4,187 nt of DNA from a virus (lineage: Duplodnaviria; Heunggongvirae; Uroviricota; Caudoviricetes): the IMG/VR virus record IMGVR_UViG_2645727945_000016; one strand, 5' to 3'. Position numbers and translations under genes: made by a program. Under the pieces are notes generated by a model. That model was not told where the DNA came from. It did not search any database and saw only the letters and a program-made list of their open reading frames with translations. Positions 1 to 4,187 of the stretch are shown one piece after another (position 1 is the first letter of the stretch; each line of letters begins with the position of its first letter).

Positions 1-15
1 ATCAGTGAAGGTAAT

Positions 16-48
16 TTAAAAACGGTTCTGTGAAAGTGACACGAACCG
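16..48 (-). terminator. Rho-independent terminator on the minus strand, downstream of the 149-aa gene
   Basis: Minus-strand RNA reads CGGUUCGUG-UCACUUU-CACAGAACCG followed by UUUUUAAAUU: a 9-bp stem with one bulged A, a 7-nt loop and a U-tract. It begins 18 nt after the stop codon at 66..68. Confidence 0.6.
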
Positions 49-65
49 ATCTCCATCGATGTTAC

Positions 66-575
<510 letters not shown>

Positions 576-592
576 ATATATATATGTATTTT

Positions 593-666
593 CTCTGTTA
601 AGCGTGAGCTACGTGAAAAATAATTTTTGGTGTGGGTATTAACTTTGCTTTATTCACGTAGAACAC
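593..666. repeat. R1: 74-bp intergenic element, direct-repeat copy of R2, with an internal 9-bp inverted repeat
   Basis: Bases 593..639 (ctctgttaagcgtgagctacgtgaaaaataatttttggtgtgggtat) match 2869..2913 with one substitution and a 2-nt indel. A divergent 13-nt core follows, then ttcacgtagaacac (653..666) matching 2929..2942 at 13 of 14 positions. Internal arms ctacgtgaa (609..617) and ttcacgtag (653..661) are reverse complements. It lies between the tape measure stop (674) and the 149-aa gene. Confidence 0.85.
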
Positions 667-673
667 CGTTAAA

Positions 674-2854
674 TCAATCATCTTCTGGGAATGATGAACT
701 TAATAACGTAGCTTCTGCATATTGGTCGTAGATATTACTGCTAAAGGTCATAAAGCTGGTTTCATCTGGTTTAATGGCAACTTCACCACCAAGTGAAACT
801 TTCACTGGTTCCTGAATACGCTTACTCAAAGCACTAATTTCATCTCTTAGATTTTGGATGTCAGTGCTCGTTAATGATGCATCTTGTTTCATGGTAATCA
901 ATTCTGGATGATTGAATCTTGCAATATTCATTGTGGCATTGTTAAACAATTCACCCATTGAACTAAAAATTCTACTCCATCCTTCGTTAATCACATTCGG
1001 TTTATTAGGGTCACCAGAATACACAGGATTAAAGTCACTACCCACACCTACCCCAGATGGATGCATATTAGCGTTTTTGACTACTTCCTGATTCATAAAA
1101 TCCAGTGCTTTCTTCAATGCATATAAACCAAGAGTGACACCTCTGATTTGTGGAATCATTGAAGCTAATGCTAACGCTGTTTCATAACCGTCATCAGCAT
1201 AACCAATTGCAAGAGCACTACCTACACCACCAGCTACACATTTCAGTTTTTCACCACCTTTACCAGTAGCTACCTGACCAGCCACCTGATTAGCTCTTGT
1301 ACCTAACGTTGTGATTGCTCTTGTCAGGTTCATAACCCCTGTAGTAGCACTGAATAGTGTCTTTGCAGATAACGCTATAGCAAGACCTTTGACGAAGTTG
1401 ATAAATCCATCACCGACTTCATCAAGTAGCTTTCGCTTAGTGTCATCAAGACTGTAATAGAACTTCTTAGTCTGTAAAATCCAGCCTTCAAGGTGATTGT
1501 TAAAGATACGGATGTCATCTACACCAGCTTTAAGCATGTCGATAAGTCCACCGATAGCATCACCAGCGATAGAAGAACTCATACCCATTTCACTAAGCAG
1601 GTTACTCAGGCTGGATAAGAAGCCGTTTAACTCATCCTGTGAACCTGAGAAGATTTTAACCATCGTATCATCCCAGTTGTTTGCTAACTTACCTAAAGCT
1701 GTCTGAGTGCTCTTAGCGACTTCAGCCCAACCACCCGCTTTATCAATCATCAAGCCCATCTGTTTAGCGACTTTAGGGAGAGTATCACTACTTAAAATCT
1801 TCCCGTCTTTCATCGCTTTATCAAGCTCTGTAGCAGTCATACCCAATGCTTCAGCGAATAGCTTAAATGCACCAGCCATACGGTCACCTAACTGCCCACG
1901 TAATTCTTCAGCCTGAATCTTGCCCTTAGAAGCCATTTGCTCAAAAGCCTTCAGAATGCCGTTTAGCTCATCATTACTAAGCCCCATTAAGCGACTCATA
2001 GCCGTTGCATTACCAAATAGCTCCTGTGTCTGTTCCTGTGACATAGAACCCTGAGCACCTGCTGCAAACTTAGCGTAGCTTGATAGCCCTTCAGAGATAT
2101 TAAGACCTGTCTTGTCAGCCAGTCCCCTGATAAATGTTTCAGCTTCAGATGCTTTATCACCAAGTACAAACTTAGCGGCTCTCTGTGCGGAATCTCGTTT
2201 AAGACCTGCATTCATGATGGCCTTGTAAGCGTTAAGAGCACCCATCACAGAGTAAAATGCACCAGATAACTTGATTGCATTGCTTGCAAGATTATTAAAT
2301 GCGTCGCTTGTATTGTTAATGCTGGTGGCCTTTGTCTGTGACCTGAGTTTATTCAACGTTTCACGAAGAGATTGATTTAATTTTGCAAGTTCAGCGTTAA
2401 ACTTTTCACTTCCAATATTGCCAGCTTTACTACTTAATGCGTAAAACTGTGCTTTAAACATTTTAGCCATCAGCGGATTAATATCACCAAGCTTAGACAT
2501 ATTCACACTATGCGCTGCTGTGATTGCTCTGTTGCCGCTAATTCGTGGCTGTCTTGGTTGTTTTGGAGGATTAATAGCGTCATTAACCTGACTTGTGAAA
2601 CGGAAAACTTTAGTATTTCTTGCTCTCTGTTCAATCTTGTCAAAGGTCTTATTAAACTTCCTTTCAAGTTGCCCTAAAGAACTTGTCAGATTGCTGTCAA
2701 GTTGCTTGGTATCGACCTTAAACGCTCTATTCAAATTACGTTCAATTCTTTGTGCTGACTGCAAAGCTGCCTTTTCAACTCTTTGCAAGCCCTTAATAAC
2801 GTTCTCGCTGAAGCCTAGCTCAACGATAAAACTATCAACTTTAAATTGTGCCAT
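674..2854 (-). CDS. Phage tail tape measure protein (726 aa)
   Basis: 2181-nt ORF with AGGTGA (2869..2864) 9 nt upstream of the ATG at 2854 and an in-frame TGA two codons upstream, so this is the first possible start. The translation is long, largely alpha-helical and Ala/Gly/Ser/Leu-rich. The central stretch ELNGILKAFEQMASKGKIQAEELRGQLGDRMAGAFKLFAEALGMTATELDKAMKDGK resembles the conserved tape-measure domain as I recall it, and there are Gly-rich hydrophobic segments near the C-terminus (GGVGSALAIGYADDGYETALALASMIPQIRGVTLGLYAL) typical of this family. Family assignment is from recollection, not a search. Confidence 0.85.
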   Translation of the reverse strand: MAQFKVDSFIVELGFSENVIKGLQRVEKAALQSAQRIERNLNRAFKVDTKQLDSNLTSSLGQLERKFNKTFDKIEQRARNTKVFRFTSQVNDAINPPKQPRQPRISGNRAITAAHSVNMSKLGDINPLMAKMFKAQFYALSSKAGNIGSEKFNAELAKLNQSLRETLNKLRSQTKATSINNTSDAFNNLASNAIKLSGAFYSVMGALNAYKAIMNAGLKRDSAQRAAKFVLGDKASEAETFIRGLADKTGLNISEGLSSYAKFAAGAQGSMSQEQTQELFGNATAMSRLMGLSNDELNGILKAFEQMASKGKIQAEELRGQLGDRMAGAFKLFAEALGMTATELDKAMKDGKILSSDTLPKVAKQMGLMIDKAGGWAEVAKSTQTALGKLANNWDDTMVKIFSGSQDELNGFLSSLSNLLSEMGMSSSIAGDAIGGLIDMLKAGVDDIRIFNNHLEGWILQTKKFYYSLDDTKRKLLDEVGDGFINFVKGLAIALSAKTLFSATTGVMNLTRAITTLGTRANQVAGQVATGKGGEKLKCVAGGVGSALAIGYADDGYETALALASMIPQIRGVTLGLYALKKALDFMNQEVVKNANMHPSGVGVGSDFNPVYSGDPNKPNVINEGWSRIFSSMGELFNNATMNIARFNHPELITMKQDASLTSTDIQNLRDEISALSKRIQEPVKVSLGGEVAIKPDETSFMTFSSNIYDQYAEATLLSSSFPEDD

Positions 2855-2868
2855 TGTTCATATTTCAC

Positions 2869-2942
2869 CTCTGTTAAGCGTGAGCTACGTAAAAAATAAT
2901 TTTTGGTGGGTATATCTGTTCAGAAGATTTCACGTAGCACAC
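2869..2942. repeat. R2: 74-bp intergenic element, direct-repeat copy of R1, immediately upstream of the tape measure RBS
   Basis: See R1. Internal arms gctacgt (2884..2890) and acgtagc (2932..2938) are reverse complements. In minus-strand RNA the stem extends through a U-G wobble (2891/2931) and three A-U pairs. The minus-strand 3' end of the element (CGCTTAACAGAG) runs directly into the GGTGA Shine-Dalgarno of the tape measure gene. Confidence 0.85.
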
Positions 2943-2946
2943 ATAC

Positions 2947-2988
2947 AAAAAAGGGAGAAACTACCGATATCACTCGATAATCTCTCCC
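2947..2988 (-). terminator. Rho-independent terminator on the minus strand between the 67-aa gene and R2
   Basis: Minus-strand RNA reads GGGAGAGAUUAUCGA-GUGAUA-UCGGUAGUUUCUCCC followed by UUUUUU (plus-strand a-run 2947..2952). The stem is 15 bp in the minus transcript, three of them G-U wobbles; on the plus-strand transcript those positions would be A-C mismatches, so the structure is strand-specific. It starts 48 nt after the TAA stop at 3038..3036. Confidence 0.75.
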
Positions 2989-3035
2989 CGTATTATAGAT
3001 TCGATAGAACCTATCTCATATACCCAACCAATTCT

Positions 3036-3239
3036 TTATCTAATCAGATAATAATTACCATCTTCACCGACAATCTGACAATCACTTGGTAATTTATCAA
3101 GACACCATTTAGCGATTCTTCTGATTCTGCTATTTTGCCTAGAGGTGGATGATTTGATTCGTTTTGGTTTGTTGGGTTGTTCTTTCAATCTCTCGCTAAT
3201 TGCTTTAATAAGTTCATAGCGTTCCGTTAAATCAAACAT
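3036..3239 (-). CDS. Hypothetical small basic protein (67 aa)
   Basis: ATG at 3239 preceded by AAGGAGGTGA with a 5-nt spacer. An in-frame TGA lies immediately upstream of the ATG, so it is not a frameshift extension of the 236-aa gene. The central segment is Lys/Arg-rich (KPKRIKSSTSRQNSRIRRIAKW), suggesting nucleic-acid binding. A terminator follows. Function unknown. Confidence 0.65.
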   Translation of the reverse strand: MFDLTERYELIKAISERLKEQPNKPKRIKSSTSRQNSRIRRIAKWCLDKLPSDCQIVGEDGNYYLIR

Positions 3240-3264
3240 TCATCACCTCCTTTTTAATTCATAG

Positions 3265-3975
3265 TCAAAGTGCCTTTGCGTATTTCTGAGAAATCTTCAC
3301 TAACTGCTCAATATCAGCCTGCATAGCAACCTTCTTCTGCGTTTCATATGCAGAAATAAGGTCTTTCATAGCCTGAAGCTCTCTTAAGAGACACAACTTA
3401 ACATTTTCAAGTTGCTTGTTACGTGATGCTAAGATGTTCTGTCTGGCAATTTCACGGAGTTCTTCATCGCTCTTATTGGTCGTGTAAATAAACTGACCAG
3501 CACCTCTTGAAGCTTTAACCATCTTCACAATTCGATGTCCAGCAGGAAGACTACTAATCACGTCTGTGACGTTTTCTGGAAAAGTACCAAAACCATCATT
3601 GTCTTCGTATGTGAAGTAAACATACGGCTTCTGTGACAATTCATCCTGAATCTCAAATTCTGACGGCTCAATAGCTGATTGCATCAGGGTAACTTTGCTG
3701 TAAGCGTCATCAAGTTTAATACGTTGTTCTTTCAGCAGTGGGTAATATTTCTTTTCAAGATTAAGTAGTGCTTCACCCTTGCAGATATCTGGCATTTCTT
3801 GAGGCTCAGGAGACACAAAGATGATTTCCTTTGGTGACATCTTTAGCGATTGCTCAAGCTTAATTCTTTCATCGTGTTCTTTACGCTGAATAGTGATAGC
3901 TGGATGTTCAGTCTGTGGCGACCAGTCACCGAAGCTGTCAACCTTTTTACCGTTAATATATAAATCGTTTGTCAT
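3265..3975 (-). CDS. Hypothetical protein (236 aa) with a predicted coiled-coil C-terminal region; function unknown
   Basis: ATG at 3975 preceded by AGAGGAAA with a 6-7 nt spacer. Stop is TGA at 3267..3265, only 25 nt before the start of the 67-aa gene, so the two are probably co-transcribed. The C-terminal 70 aa or so is helical and heptad-like (EELREIARQNILASRNKQLENVKLCLLRELQAMKDLISAYETQKKVAMQADIEQLVKISQKYAKAL). I do not recognise it as a major tail, tube or chaperone family. Confidence 0.75.
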   Translation of the reverse strand: MTNDLYINGKKVDSFGDWSPQTEHPAITIQRKEHDERIKLEQSLKMSPKEIIFVSPEPQEMPDICKGEALLNLEKKYYPLLKEQRIKLDDAYSKVTLMQSAIEPSEFEIQDELSQKPYVYFTYEDNDGFGTFPENVTDVISSLPAGHRIVKMVKASRGAGQFIYTTNKSDEELREIARQNILASRNKQLENVKLCLLRELQAMKDLISAYETQKKVAMQADIEQLVKISQKYAKAL

Positions 3976-3997
3976 TACTATTTCCTCTAAGTGGTTA

Positions 3998-4075
3998 TTT
4001 CTTAATAGAGCACCTTCGACGACAATACACTTAGAAGATGACTTAACGATTTATTAAAGATGCTCTATTAAGAAA
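3998..4075. promoter_or_regulatory. Perfect 15-bp inverted repeat pair separated by 48 bp, in the 5' region of the 236-aa gene
   Basis: tttcttaatagagca (3998..4012) is the exact reverse complement of tgctctattaagaaa (4061..4075). The proximal arm ends about 10 nt upstream of the RBS of the 236-aa gene. Confidence 0.4.
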
Positions 4076-4104
4076 AGCCCTAAACATAATCTGTGAAGGG
4101 CTTT
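4067..4104 (-). terminator. Weak candidate terminator on the minus strand, for a gene lying upstream beyond the window end
   Basis: aaagccct (4074..4081) and agggcttt (4097..4104) are reverse complements with a 15-nt loop. The minus-strand RNA continues AGGGCUUUUCUUAAU. The stem has only about 4 G-C pairs. All three minus-strand frames have stops at 4150..4175, consistent with an upstream gene ending inside the window. Confidence 0.3.
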
Positions 4105-4187
4105 GAAGGTTTGCTTATAACGTTAACGAAGTTTCAGGAAAAACTTTCTTTAAAAGCTCTGTTTAAAAACTCTTAAAGAAAGCCCTA

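Noticed and set aside
1497-1916. Two plus-strand ORFs of 69 aa each (1497..1706 and 1707..1916)
   Set aside because: They lie entirely antisense within the tape measure gene, have no Shine-Dalgarno, and their translations are low-complexity (Ser/Pro/Leu/Ala-rich), as expected from the antisense of an Ala/Gly/Ser-rich gene. Treated as frame artefacts.
1996-2211. Minus-strand 71-aa ORF inside the tape measure gene
   Set aside because: It is in an alternative frame wholly nested in the 726-aa coding sequence, has no RBS, and its translation is Arg/Leu/His-rich noise.
2852-2869. Out-of-frame ATG (2861..2859) three nt after the Shine-Dalgarno, opening a 6-codon mini-ORF that overlaps the tape measure start
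   Set aside because: It terminates after 6 codons. It may compete for initiation, but there is no evidence it is a functional leader peptide.
2869-2942. R elements as sigma-70 promoters or T7-type promoters
   Set aside because: I could not place a credible TTGACA/TATAAT pair with 16-18 bp spacing inside the conserved block. The resemblance to single-subunit RNA polymerase promoters is limited to a short CTCAC core and does not align in length. Left as an unassigned promoter or RNA element.
2595-3092. Plus-strand 165-aa ORF
   Set aside because: It runs antisense across the tape measure 5' end, the R2 repeat, the upstream terminator and the 3' end of the 67-aa gene. No RBS; the translation is hydrophobic low-complexity. 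It is incompatible with the well-supported minus-strand features.
3239-3267. Possible programmed-frameshift chaperone pair (G/GT-like) formed by the 236-aa and 67-aa ORFs
   Set aside because: The 67-aa frame has an in-frame TGA immediately upstream of its ATG and its own strong RBS. I found no slippery heptamer at the end of the 236-aa gene. They are independent genes.
3998-4075. Invertible (phase-variable) promoter switch bounded by the 15-bp inverted repeats
   Set aside because: The 48-bp intervening segment is too short to carry a promoter plus recombinase sites, and no recombinase gene is visible in the window.

Overview
AT-rich window (roughly 40% GC by eye) in which all four convincing genes lie on the minus strand. 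It looks like part of a tailed-phage or prophage tail module, but with unusual punctuation. Reading in the direction of transcription (high to low coordinate): a 236-aa protein of unknown function (3975..3265), tightly followed by a 67-aa strongly basic protein (3239..3036), then a strand-specific rho-independent terminator (2988..2947), then a 74-bp conserved element R2 (2942..2869) that abuts the ribosome-binding site of a 726-aa tail tape measure protein (2854..674), then a second copy R1 (666..593), then a 149-aa putative tail protein (515..66), then another terminator (48..16). No rRNA, tRNA, CRISPR array or transposase-like gene is visible. The features the gene calls do not explain are the direct-repeat pair R1/R2 flanking the tape measure gene, the terminator placed directly upstream of that gene, and the two-gene unit of unknown function sitting where tail assembly chaperones would be expected. 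All product assignments rest on reading the translations and gene context; no database search was possible.
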